64,000 bases of DNA. Source: Fibrobacteria bacterium (GTDB lineage: Bacteria; Fibrobacterota; Fibrobacteria; UBA11236). Where the stretch lies: NCBI GenBank assembly GCA_043745805.1, contig JAYTSD010000001.1, positions 64,001 to 128,000 of the forward strand, read 5' to 3'. Both the position numbers and the translations under genes were made by a program. Positions 47,008-56,679 of the stretch are shown one piece after another; position 1 is the first letter of the stretch; every line of letters starts with the position of its first letter. The notes beneath the pieces were generated by a model, which had not been told where the DNA came from, searched no databases, and worked only from the letters and a program-made list of their open reading frames with translations.

Positions 47008-48426
47008 ATGGCTGATGCAGAGAAAAAAGGAATAGTGATGGAATCGCTTTCGTGGGTATGTGGAACCCTCGAAGGCAGCTTCAATGAAAAGCAAGCGGTT
47101 AGCCAAATATTAGTTGATGCGGTAATCGGCATGATACCTGTGGTAGGTGATGTTACTGCGGTGCGGGATATTATTGCGATCGTTATTCGATTAGTGGACA
47201 ATCCCAAAAAGCGCGAAGAGAAAATGGAATGGGTTGGTTTGGTCCTGATGATATTGGCCTTGATTCCCATGCTTGGGGGTGCGCTTAAAGGTGTGGGGCG
47301 ACTACTCATTCGTGCGGGAGAAGATGCTGCTAAAGAAAGTGTCAAAATTGCGGAGCTGATTGCTTGCTTGAATCGCTTAGGTGTGGGTGATGCGCGTAAG
47401 TGGATTAAAGAATTGGATTTTGAAAAACATGCACCTGAGCTAATTAAACATTGGCATAGTTTGGTCGAAGTTTTAGTTGGTGTTTTGGGTAAAGCGCAAG
47501 GATATATGCGCCATTTACTTCCTGAATCTTTGTTGAAACGTATTGAACAATTAAAATCGGGAATAGAAAAGGTTTCCTCCGAGATGGAAAAGCGTATTCC
47601 TGAATCATTAAAAGAATTGCAAGCCCGTTTGAAAAAAATGCAGCATCAATTGTATGAAGGGAAATGGGAGGAAATTCCTGGATCCTTGAAGAGCACCGCG
47701 CGTGAGGCGGAGGCGCGGATGGTGGAGGAGATAGAACTTATTACCAAGAAACCACCGTTTCCGAAGAATGGGAAGAGTATTTATGAGCACGAAGACGGGT
47801 TTCCAAATATTTTACAAATGAAAAATGAAAAAGGAAAAGATATAAGTTTAGACATTATCGAAGCTTTTAGTGGAAAAATGGTTCCTAAAACAATCAAGCA
47901 TGTACATGGCAAAGATCCAAAAAAAATATTTCGAATTATCGAAGATCCAAAAAAAGCAACAGGCTGTTGGTGGACCGAAACTTTACCTACATCCGGCCAA
48001 GAATGGCGTGAGGAGTTTGCTGTACTAGATAATTGGAATAAAAACAAATATTATGTGGAATTTGTTCTGCCTGAAGGAGCGGAGCTTTTGGTTTGGGAGG
48101 GGAAAGTGTCGAGTCAAGTTGACAATGTAAAACTTATTGACAAGAAGCCAAATCCTAAACTTGGGCAGGCTTTGAAAGGAGGCGAGACTCAAATATTTGT
48201 CGATTTTAGATTTCCCCGAAACAAGTACATACTAGATGACGTTCTTCAGAAAGATCCAAATATGCTTAAACTACGGGAAACAAATTGGGTGAATTATATG
48301 GATATAAATAATCCTAATAAAATAACTGTTCCTAAGCTGTTGAATCCAAATGAGATTGCCTCTAAAGCTTCAAAAGTATCTACAGTAGTAAATGTAAAAG
48401 GAGCAGCAAGTAATGACCGATGGTAA
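47008..48426 (+). CDS. Polymorphic toxin: FIX-like N-terminal domain + NAD-utilising (ART/NADase-like) C-terminal toxin
   Basis: N-terminal WVCGTLEGSFNEKQ..SQILVDAVIGMIPVVGDVTAVRD; C-terminal FR..G.WWT..P..WREEFAV..NWN..Y...LPEG..L.VWEG..SQ..LKGGETQIFV. Confidence 0.65.
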   Translation: MADAEKKGIVMESLSWVCGTLEGSFNEKQAVSQILVDAVIGMIPVVGDVTAVRDIIAIVIRLVDNPKKREEKMEWVGLVLMILALIPMLGGALKGVGRLLIRAGEDAAKESVKIAELIACLNRLGVGDARKWIKELDFEKHAPELIKHWHSLVEVLVGVLGKAQGYMRHLLPESLLKRIEQLKSGIEKVSSEMEKRIPESLKELQARLKKMQHQLYEGKWEEIPGSLKSTAREAEARMVEEIELITKKPPFPKNGKSIYEHEDGFPNILQMKNEKGKDISLDIIEAFSGKMVPKTIKHVHGKDPKKIFRIIEDPKKATGCWWTETLPTSGQEWREEFAVLDNWNKNKYYVEFVLPEGAELLVWEGKVSSQVDNVKLIDKKPNPKLGQALKGGETQIFVDFRFPRNKYILDDVLQKDPNMLKLRETNWVNYMDINNPNKITVPKLLNPNEIASKASKVSTVVNVKGAASNDRW

Positions 48427-49324
48427 ACCAATAGTAACAGAAAAATACACAAAAGATTATTTGTATCGATATACAACCTTTGCAGATGGTTATTTAAAGC
48501 CTACTCAAGACGAATTAGCTAAAATATTTTGGATACTTTGCCGTGACACTTCCGTTACCTACATAGAGCGAATGTTAAAGATGTTGGAAGCCTTTAATCC
48601 TGGGTTCGAATCCTATTTAAAAAAAGTTAATGATACCGAGAGTAGCTGGTTCGATTTTATGCAAAACAACTATTATGCTATTAGTGGAATAAAAGATGGA
48701 TTAGCGAAGCTTAAAATTGGTGATACTAGTGGTTATGAAGAAATAAAAAATTCATTAACATTTGTTGATCCTTTTGTAGGAATGCGCGGTATGGATTGGG
48801 ATTATTCAAGGCTAGGGCAACGTGAAGGCGACGCATCAATAGGGCTATGGGTTTGGATGGATCATCTCTCCACATTAGCAGATAACACAAAAACTACATT
48901 GGAAAGTAAATATTGGTTTCCTGAATTTGATGTTTCAAAATTTTTAATTCCGGAAGATATAGGAGCATTTCCATTACGCACTGGTATTTTTGTTCAAACG
49001 GGCGACAGTATTCCTGTTACAGGTGTCTGGATGCCTAAAAATTTAAAAAGCGGTTGCCCTAATTTTTTTGTTCAGGGGCAGGAGGTGCCAGCCGCCAAAA
49101 TTGCATCAAAAAAAATCGAAGCTTTTGTGCTTGATAGCAACAGGAAGGCTACAGAAGAAATTTTAGATATGTATTATGAGAGCATCGAAGTTCCCGCAAT
49201 ATGGGAACTTCATTGGAAAGATGATCGTTATATCAATGGCAAAATTCCATTAGAAGAGCAAGAATATTTGTTGGACAAGGACACCCAAATTCCGACTGAA
49301 CCACCTGTAGCGCCGGGCTCGTAA
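48413..49324 (+). CDS. Cognate immunity protein, Imm71/Imm72-like fusion
   Basis: Overlaps toxin stop; IFWILCRDTS..YIER N-part and TG..IPVTGVW.P...CPNFF...WELHWKDDRY.NG.IP.EE.EYL C-part. Confidence 0.7.
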   Translation: MTDGKPIVTEKYTKDYLYRYTTFADGYLKPTQDELAKIFWILCRDTSVTYIERMLKMLEAFNPGFESYLKKVNDTESSWFDFMQNNYYAISGIKDGLAKLKIGDTSGYEEIKNSLTFVDPFVGMRGMDWDYSRLGQREGDASIGLWVWMDHLSTLADNTKTTLESKYWFPEFDVSKFLIPEDIGAFPLRTGIFVQTGDSIPVTGVWMPKNLKSGCPNFFVQGQEVPAAKIASKKIEAFVLDSNRKATEEILDMYYESIEVPAIWELHWKDDRYINGKIPLEEQEYLLDKDTQIPTEPPVAPGS

Positions 49325-49330
49325 TTATTA

Positions 49331-50632
49331 ATGCTAAACTTTTTAAAAAAAATATTTGCACCCCCTAAAAGAGATCCCCGTTTCCCAAGGCCAAGTGCTA
49401 ATGGCAAAATTACTATTGATGGTGGAACGATAACTTATAAATCAAAAGATAATTATCGCAATGGAACGGTGATTCTGGATCAAGTTAAATATGTTTATAT
49501 AATTTTTAGCCCAAACGATAATTCAGCAAATGGAACGAGTATTCATTTGCGTTCAGATACGCAATACTGGCTTCCCGCTGATGCATCTGGATTTCAAGAA
49601 GCATATCAATTTTGTGCACAAAAATTTGGTTTTGATGAAACAATATTTTTTGCAACATTGAACTCCGATAAAGAAATGAAAACTGAACTTTGGAGAGCAC
49701 CTCATCCTACAAATTTTGAAATAATTACCACTCCAAATCCAAACGACATAGTTCATGGTTTTGAAATATTAAGCCCAGGAAAAGAATTTATTACTTGGGA
49801 TGCAACATTTGATTCTCTTTCAAGTAATAAAAATATTAGTGTAAAAGATGATAAGCTAGGTTATGAAAAAGTTGAATTTAAATTTCCAGTGCGACTTGGA
49901 AATATTGTAACCTCGGAATTTGCAATATCTTTTTATAGTGAAGTATCCTCAACCCCTTTAAATAGTGGCCATGCAACATTTTTCTTGGAAAATGAACGTC
50001 AAAAAGGTTTCGCATTACTTAGAAATGCTTTTGAAGAAATGTTTGGACCTGAATCTGAAGAGGAGAGGGCTGATCATGAATATCATTTATCTTCACGACG
50101 AGAAGTATCAGGCATTGTTTTTTCGATAACCTATTGGAAAGATTGCGAAAACGGTTTTGATTCCGCCTCAACAAGTTTTTCTATTGATAATGAGCGAGAG
50201 TATTCTCATCTAATTGAAAATGAAGATTATGAAAATAAAATGTCATCAGATATTTTATTAGTAATACCATTCGAAGCATGGATACCTACTAGTTCTCGGA
50301 GTTTGAAATATGTAAAGACTACTCCACAATCTATTCAAAAAGAATATTTAGGTAAAACGGTGATATGGTTTGATAAGACTAATAATACCATTGGATTTGC
50401 AGTTAATGAATACAGCGTTATTTTCGATAAGTCCTTAATCCAAAAAGTAGAGTTAGGAAATACTCTTCCCGCAAAAGGTTCTGGCTATTCCAGATTTTGC
50501 ATTGAACTGGGACGTGGATATGTGGACCAAATCTTAGGTGCAGGCTGCAATGATCTAGACCCCTACCTAAGCGACTTAGAAAAAATTTTGGGAATGAAAA
50601 TTGAAATTTTACCAGAAGATCATGACTGTTGA
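49331..50632 (+). CDS. Hypothetical acidic protein, cotranscribed with the toxin/immunity pair
   Basis: 433-aa ORF 6 bp after the immunity gene; no recognisable motif. Confidence 0.7.
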   Translation: MLNFLKKIFAPPKRDPRFPRPSANGKITIDGGTITYKSKDNYRNGTVILDQVKYVYIIFSPNDNSANGTSIHLRSDTQYWLPADASGFQEAYQFCAQKFGFDETIFFATLNSDKEMKTELWRAPHPTNFEIITTPNPNDIVHGFEILSPGKEFITWDATFDSLSSNKNISVKDDKLGYEKVEFKFPVRLGNIVTSEFAISFYSEVSSTPLNSGHATFFLENERQKGFALLRNAFEEMFGPESEEERADHEYHLSSRREVSGIVFSITYWKDCENGFDSASTSFSIDNEREYSHLIENEDYENKMSSDILLVIPFEAWIPTSSRSLKYVKTTPQSIQKEYLGKTVIWFDKTNNTIGFAVNEYSVIFDKSLIQKVELGNTLPAKGSGYSRFCIELGRGYVDQILGAGCNDLDPYLSDLEKILGMKIEILPEDHDC

Positions 50633-50948
50633 AAAGTGAAAAGCTTTTAAAGTAACAGTCATCGCATAATTCAGGCATCAAGCCTTTGTTAAGGTGGACC
50701 AAACACGAGTTCCACACTGATTTAAACGATACCGCATTATCCTAAGCAGGCCTTTATAATTTCAAAAAATGTGCGATTTCAGCCTATTTAATGGGTTTGA
50801 GTACGAAAATGCTCATGTTTAATTGCTTTGGTTGCAGAGTTAAAGCAGCCTAATTTTCATTTTCGCATTACCTTTAAGCAATATTTGTTGGGGGAGGTAA
50901 GGAGGCTTACCTATTTTGGCCTCGAATTACATTAGGAAAGGGTAAGCA

Positions 50949-52397
50949 ATGCTTCAATTAAGTTTTAAAAAGTTCATTTTACCAATAATCGGAGGAGCAA
51001 TTCTTGGTGCATTTTCGCTAAGCTCTGCGCTTCCTGCGGGATTCACTGCGGTGCAAGTGGGACCTAAAACAGGTTTAAAATTCGGAACGGCTATTGCCGA
51101 AGCACCCGATGGAAGAATTTTTTATACCGAAGCAACTGGTGCAGTTAAAGCTATCAAAGGAGATGTTGCGACTACTATTACCACAGTATTGACCAGCACG
51201 GGAACGGAAAATGGATTATTAAAAGTAGTGGTGCATCCCAACTTTGCTACTAATGGATGGATTTACATTTACTATACCTCGGGAGATGGCAAACAACAGC
51301 AAATTGATCGTATCAAAGTAGATGCAAACAGTGCTATGACCGATTCGAAAACCATTTTCAGTTTTGCGATCAATGGATTGCAATTTCATAATGGGTCTGC
51401 AATGACATTTAAAGATGGTTTTCTTTATTTTGCTAAAGGAAATCATGGAAATACCGCAGCGGCACATGATTGGAAATCGTATTATGGCCATGTATTTCGT
51501 TTAACTGAAGATGGTGCCCCTGCTCCTGGAAATCCGCATTATGCAACGGCAGGTGCTAATGATGCCGAAAAAAGTACATGGGCTTTGGGAATGAGAAATC
51601 CTTGGAGTATGTCAGTTGACCCAATTACTAATAGGCTTTTATGTACCAATGTAGGTGAGGGGACAGAAGAAATTAATGATATTACAGCCCCTGATGCGGC
51701 AAAAGGATATGATTTTGGTGGCATAGACCATGAAGGAATTCAAACAGCCTATATCAGCCCACTTTATTTTTACAAAACAAATGGTGGCATGGGAAATTCA
51801 CCAGTAAGCTCAATAGTTTATAACCCACCAGTTACCAATTGGCCTGCTGAATATAAAGGTTTGTTTTTTACCAATGATTATAATGGAAGTAAGAAGTTTT
51901 CTACTGTTCCTTTAAAAGCAAATGGCACATCTACAAGTCTCGATGATGCCGCTAGCGGAGTAAAGCCGTTTCATGATTGCACTACTTGCATCGGAACTAT
52001 ACTCGGTAATAATGGCAATATCTACTATATAAAGAACGATTCTTATAATGGGTTTGGTTCCAATGCAGCTGTTTACCAAATCAGTTATGGACCCGTTGGC
52101 ACGCTTTCCAAACCTTCACTTTCCATGCGTAATTTCTCATTAAAAATGGGTGTTCAAAACGAAATCAATTTCAGTTTAAATGGTGCATTTTCAACGCAAG
52201 ATATTAACAATGCCACTTTCTCCATTATTGGTGCGGATGGAAAAACTTATTTCTCTAAACCCATTACAATTACCAATTCGACTTTACAGGTGCAGGGATT
52301 TGAACCCAAAACCTCGGGAGTATTCGTCGGTCAATTGCACTGGAATTCTCAAGGTGCTGACCATGTGGCTAATGGACGTTTAGTGGTTCTGCCTTAA
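50949..52397 (+). CDS. Secreted PQQ-dependent sugar (glucose/sorbosone) dehydrogenase-like beta-propeller with C-terminal sorting-like tail
   Basis: Signal peptide, APDGRIF, ENGLL.V.VHPNF..NG.IY.YYT, FHNG, GMRNPW, NVG....EEIN. Confidence 0.85.
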   Translation: MLQLSFKKFILPIIGGAILGAFSLSSALPAGFTAVQVGPKTGLKFGTAIAEAPDGRIFYTEATGAVKAIKGDVATTITTVLTSTGTENGLLKVVVHPNFATNGWIYIYYTSGDGKQQQIDRIKVDANSAMTDSKTIFSFAINGLQFHNGSAMTFKDGFLYFAKGNHGNTAAAHDWKSYYGHVFRLTEDGAPAPGNPHYATAGANDAEKSTWALGMRNPWSMSVDPITNRLLCTNVGEGTEEINDITAPDAAKGYDFGGIDHEGIQTAYISPLYFYKTNGGMGNSPVSSIVYNPPVTNWPAEYKGLFFTNDYNGSKKFSTVPLKANGTSTSLDDAASGVKPFHDCTTCIGTILGNNGNIYYIKNDSYNGFGSNAAVYQISYGPVGTLSKPSLSMRNFSLKMGVQNEINFSLNGAFSTQDINNATFSIIGADGKTYFSKPITITNSTLQVQGFEPKTSGVFVGQLHWNSQGADHVANGRLVVLP

Positions 52398-52425
52398 GCT
52401 CTTATAGCCTTCCTTGTAAAAGCTC

Positions 52426-52455
52426 AAACCCTGCTCCTAAAGCAGGGTTTTTTTT
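52426..52455 (+). terminator. Rho-independent terminator
   Basis: aaaccctgct-cctaa-agcagggttt followed by a T-tract. Confidence 0.85.
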
Positions 52456-52708
52456 GCTCAAAATTATAACGGGGTTTGGTGATGCTTATCACATAAACTC
52501 TTGCGGTTAAATTGCATATTTCTCAAATGGGACTAAAAGTAACGGCTTTGACTTTTTCTAGCTCTTTGGGATACTTAAAACCCTTTATTCATGGAATTAG
52601 CCAGCCTCCAGTTAGAGTAAAATATTTAGATTTCCTCCCGCACTTATTCTGGAAACAAGACCCATGGTTTATTTCCGTTTACTTGATCTTTAACCGTAAA
52701 GAAAAATT

Positions 52709-55700
52709 ATGCACTACCATATAAAAAAAATCGCTTTTTTATTTTCGGCTTTTATGCTGCTTTTCTTGTGGTCCTGCACTTCCACAGATTCGCAAGGCGA
52801 TCAATATTTAAAATTCAATTTAAGCGCTTCCCTTAAAGAATATAATCGAGTACAAATTCGTTTGGTGAATGCCATTGATTCCAATACGGTTTATGACACG
52901 GTATGGAATGATACTTTAAAAGATCCAGTAAATTTTCCTCGCTATAAATTAAAAGCAGCGAAGAACAAAGATTTTGTGATTCAAATTCGCGGTTATAATA
53001 AAGACAAACTTAGTTTAGCAAGGGACATTAAAGTAATCGGGAATGCTCCACAAACACCCATCACGGTTCAAGCGGATTTACGACTTTACGATTTGGAATT
53101 ATCGCAGGGTAGCTTACAGCCTGCATTAGATCCTGATGTGTATGCTTACACAGTTAACGTGCCGGATACGGTAGCAAATATATCTTTTACCCTGTCTGCA
53201 TTAGATTCGTCAAATATTTTGCAAATAGGCCCCATTCCCTTTAATTGGGGGAAAAGTTATGCGCAAGCTATAAAAATAGGGGAAAATACCCTAATCATTA
53301 CCGTGCAAAGTAAAGATGGTAAGACTTCAAAAATTTATACCATAGTGATAAATCGTGGAAACCCACCACCGCCTAGCTCCAAACCCATTAGTGTGCAATT
53401 TGTGTCAGGCTCTCCTTTGAACTTAACTATTGGCGGACCCGCTATCACTGCTGTAGCTACCGTAAACCCAACTGATGCTGATCAAACCATAATCTGGACA
53501 AGTTTAGATACCACCCTCGCGAAGATCAATGCGCAAGGTTTGCTACAACCCATTAAAGCAGGCAATACCTTTATCAAAGCCAGTGCTAAAGGGGATACAT
53601 CGGTTAATGCTCTATTAACACTGAATGTCTCAAGTCCAATTCCTTCCAAACCCACCAAGGTGCAATTGCTGATTGCTTCCCCTTTGAATTTATATGTAGG
53701 TGGGGCAGGAACCACGGCTACCGCTAGCGTAACTCCCGCTGATGCCGATCAAAGCATACTCTGGGCGAGCTTAGATAGCACTATTGCCAAAGTCAATGCA
53801 CAAGGTTTGGTAACGCCTATTAAAGCCGGCACTACCTTTATTAAAGCCAGTGCCAAAGCAGATAGCTCGGTGAGTATTTTATTGGCTATCAATGTGGCCA
53901 GTACGCCTCCTCCCAAACCCACAAAATTACAATGGGTTACCCCATCTCCTTTGAGCTTAACCCTCGGCGGAGCGGCACTCACAGGGGCCGCGACAATAAC
54001 TCCTGCCACAGCCGATCAAACTATTTTGTGGATGAGTTTAGACACCACTATTGTTACGGTTAATGCGCAAGGCCTTATTCAAGCAGTAAAAGTAGGCACT
54101 ACTTTTGTCAAAGCCAGTGCTAAGGGTGACACCACGGTTAATGCCTTATTAACCGTCAATGTGGTTAATCCTCCGCCTATAAAACCCACTTCCGTGCAAA
54201 TGATCACTAATCCCGAATTGGATTTAGCCGATAATGGAACTCTGGGTAAAGCGGATGCGAAAGTTCTTCCCACAGGAGCTTTACAAAGCCTTATCTGGAC
54301 CGTAACAGATTCCAGCATTGTCAAAGTGGATTCCTTAGGCAATGTATCCCCGTTGAAAGTGGGTACTACCACTCTTAAAGCTAGAGCCAAAGCCGACACT
54401 TCACTTTCTGCTACTTTGCTCGTAAAAGTGATGCACATTGTAAAATCGGTGGACAGCTTGCGAGTTACTCCTAAAACTAAAACCTTTTATACCGGCAGTA
54501 ACTTGGTAGATACGGTTAAGGTCACTTTTTACCCAATTGATACGGGACGTGTCGCTGAATTCAAATCCAGCGATGTGGGTGTAGTTACGGTGAACGCCAA
54601 AGGGGAACTTATTTCCGTAGCTCCAGGAAAAGCCACGATACTGGTCAATCCATTAGGGGATAAAACCAAATTTGATTCTTGTGTAGTGACGGTGATTAAA
54701 GACACTCCCAAACTAGACCCAGGCGCAGATAAGAATGTGCAAGCCAATCAGCCTATAACATTTAACATTACCGTTACCCAAGCCTTTGGAACCATCGCAA
54801 TTCTTCGTTGGGATTTAAACGGCGATGGAGTATGGGAAGACTCAACCAAAAATGCTACAGCAGCTCCTGTATTCACTTACCCTTTGGCTAAGTCCTATAC
54901 AGCTAAATTTGAAGTGCGCGATAGTGAAGGCAATGATACGGTAGTTACTCGTCAAGTAATCACCGATGCGCAAATCCCGCAAATCAAAATCACTCATCCT
55001 GCTGCGGATACCTTAATAAACACGAAATCTTTTATTGTGGGATACGATTCGAATAGTGTGAAGAAAACCAAACCCTTTACTTTGGTTGAGGGGCTTAACA
55101 AAATTGTGATCACCGCCAATAATGCGGGAAAAATTGGAGGAGATTCATTGTTTATCACCGTGGATGATATTCTTCCAGCTACTCCAGTTTTATCGGCAGC
55201 AACTCCTGTGCAAAATCCAAGTTGGACTTGGCCTGCGGTGGAAGCAAAGGCAAAGTATGCCATACGCTTGGTGCAAGGGACACAAAAAGCTCAGCAAACC
55301 TTAAACAGTGCAGGATACACTCCACCTGTAACAGCCACTTTAGTAGATGGATCTTATACTCTGTATGTTATGACTATTGATAGTGCAGGGAATACTAGCA
55401 ATGAAGTTTTGTCTACGGTGATGGTAGATAAGACAAAACCACAACTGGCTATTACAGGACCTAGTGCCGATAGTTTGGTTACCTCCATAAATCCTATAAT
55501 AAAAGGTACAACTTCGGATAATATTAAGGTAAGTAAACTGACTTACTCTAATTCTCAAGGTGGCTTGACAGGAAACATTGTTCCTAGTGGATCAACATGG
55601 AGCTTATCGGGGATTAATTTTCCAGATGGAAAAAACACCTTAACCATTCATGCTGAAGATGCTGCTGGAAACCAGGCGGTAGATCAAACTATCGATATTT

Positions 55701-56476
55701 ATAAATGGTCAAAAGTGATATTTGTGCGTTCAGGAAAAAACGGTAATGGTACATCTTGGGCGAATGCTTATGGAATTATTGACACCGCATTAATGAGTGC
55801 AAGAGCCAAGCTTGCAGGTGCTCAGGTGTGGGTTTCGAAAGGTATATATGGGGAATATGGTACATCGCAAGTAGTTGTTTCGTTGCCTAAAGATGGTCTT
55901 GTTTTGGGTGGGTTTTTAGATGCGGGTGCACCTTCAGATTCAAGTCAACGGGCACCAGTTACGAATCCGACCACATTTTTTAATAGATACATGTATGTGG
56001 ATACGCTAGGAACGCGTTACGAATTTAACGGCATAGATTTTTGGGCTAGTAGTTCTCGTGCCTATTATACCGATCAATCTGGAACACTTGCATTTTTAAA
56101 CTGTACATTTCGTGATGGAACGAATGATGTGATTACTATGGATACTCCCTATTATATCAATGTGGATATAATTAACTGTAATTTCTTTCGTGCGAATCAA
56201 GCTTTGTACATTAGGAATACAGCAGGAAACGTTCGCTGTATTAATGCTAAGTTTTATTCAAATAATAATAACTCAATTAAAATAGGTGAAGTTACTGCAA
56301 ACTCAATTTTAATTGATAAAAGTACCTTGGATTATGACGTTTCGAATTCTGGCGGCATTATTCAATTGACATTTTTTGCACATATTTCTGGGATTATTAG
56401 CAACAGTTTCGTTCGTGGTGGAAGATTAGCCATAGATGCAATACCGTTGGCTGATTATATCAGTAATACACAATAG
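52709..56476 (+). CDS. Large surface lipoprotein: cadherin-like beta-sandwich, tandem Big_2 Ig-like repeats, PKD, Ig-like, C-terminal beta-helix-like domain
   Basis: Lipobox LWSC; L.PALDPDVYAYTVNV; repeats V.P.DADQ.I.W.S.D..IA.VN..G....IKAG...IKA; WDLNGDG.WE; C-terminal GNGTSWANAY with N-C-x-F rungs. Confidence 0.8.
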   Translation: MHYHIKKIAFLFSAFMLLFLWSCTSTDSQGDQYLKFNLSASLKEYNRVQIRLVNAIDSNTVYDTVWNDTLKDPVNFPRYKLKAAKNKDFVIQIRGYNKDKLSLARDIKVIGNAPQTPITVQADLRLYDLELSQGSLQPALDPDVYAYTVNVPDTVANISFTLSALDSSNILQIGPIPFNWGKSYAQAIKIGENTLIITVQSKDGKTSKIYTIVINRGNPPPPSSKPISVQFVSGSPLNLTIGGPAITAVATVNPTDADQTIIWTSLDTTLAKINAQGLLQPIKAGNTFIKASAKGDTSVNALLTLNVSSPIPSKPTKVQLLIASPLNLYVGGAGTTATASVTPADADQSILWASLDSTIAKVNAQGLVTPIKAGTTFIKASAKADSSVSILLAINVASTPPPKPTKLQWVTPSPLSLTLGGAALTGAATITPATADQTILWMSLDTTIVTVNAQGLIQAVKVGTTFVKASAKGDTTVNALLTVNVVNPPPIKPTSVQMITNPELDLADNGTLGKADAKVLPTGALQSLIWTVTDSSIVKVDSLGNVSPLKVGTTTLKARAKADTSLSATLLVKVMHIVKSVDSLRVTPKTKTFYTGSNLVDTVKVTFYPIDTGRVAEFKSSDVGVVTVNAKGELISVAPGKATILVNPLGDKTKFDSCVVTVIKDTPKLDPGADKNVQANQPITFNITVTQAFGTIAILRWDLNGDGVWEDSTKNATAAPVFTYPLAKSYTAKFEVRDSEGNDTVVTRQVITDAQIPQIKITHPAADTLINTKSFIVGYDSNSVKKTKPFTLVEGLNKIVITANNAGKIGGDSLFITVDDILPATPVLSAATPVQNPSWTWPAVEAKAKYAIRLVQGTQKAQQTLNSAGYTPPVTATLVDGSYTLYVMTIDSAGNTSNEVLSTVMVDKTKPQLAITGPSADSLVTSINPIIKGTTSDNIKVSKLTYSNSQGGLTGNIVPSGSTWSLSGINFPDGKNTLTIHAEDAAGNQAVDQTIDIYKWSKVIFVRSGKNGNGTSWANAYGIIDTALMSARAKLAGAQVWVSKGIYGEYGTSQVVVSLPKDGLVLGGFLDAGAPSDSSQRAPVTNPTTFFNRYMYVDTLGTRYEFNGIDFWASSSRAYYTDQSGTLAFLNCTFRDGTNDVITMDTPYYINVDIINCNFFRANQALYIRNTAGNVRCINAKFYSNNNNSIKIGEVTANSILIDKSTLDYDVSNSGGIIQLTFFAHISGIISNSFVRGGRLAIDAIPLADYISNTQ
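53381..54448 (+). repeat. Intragenic tandem repeat, 4 units of 267 bp (89 aa Big_2 units)
   Basis: Units start at 53381, 53648, 53915 and 54182 (KPISVQ/KPTKVQ/KPTKLQ/KPTSVQ). Confidence 0.85.
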
Positions 56477-56679
56477 CATGAAAATGGTTTTACAGGAAAG
56501 CAAGGGGTTTTCCTTTTAGAATTAACTGCTCTGCCAACCTTAGTAATGGGTGAGTTTGCGCATTGTGCTATAGAAGAGTATTTTTTTTATCTATGGTATT
56601 GGCCTGATTCTCTATTAAAGAAAGCAGGTAAATAAGATTCTACGCGCATGGATATTTTTATGATTTTGGGAAGTAAAGA

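Noticed and set aside
46866-47345. 159-aa minus-strand ORF
   Set aside because: Antisense to the adaptor and toxin genes.
50640-50940. Possible riboswitch in the intergenic region before the PQQ-dehydrogenase-like gene
   Set aside because: Short hairpins are present but no family consensus could be matched by eye; needs an Rfam scan.
52512-52724. 70-aa ORF upstream of the large lipoprotein
   Set aside because: TTG start, no RBS or motif; probably promoter region.
53381-54448. Repeat region as DGR template/variable repeat or mobile element
   Set aside because: In-frame Ig-domain repeats with dispersed substitutions; no reverse transcriptase in the window.
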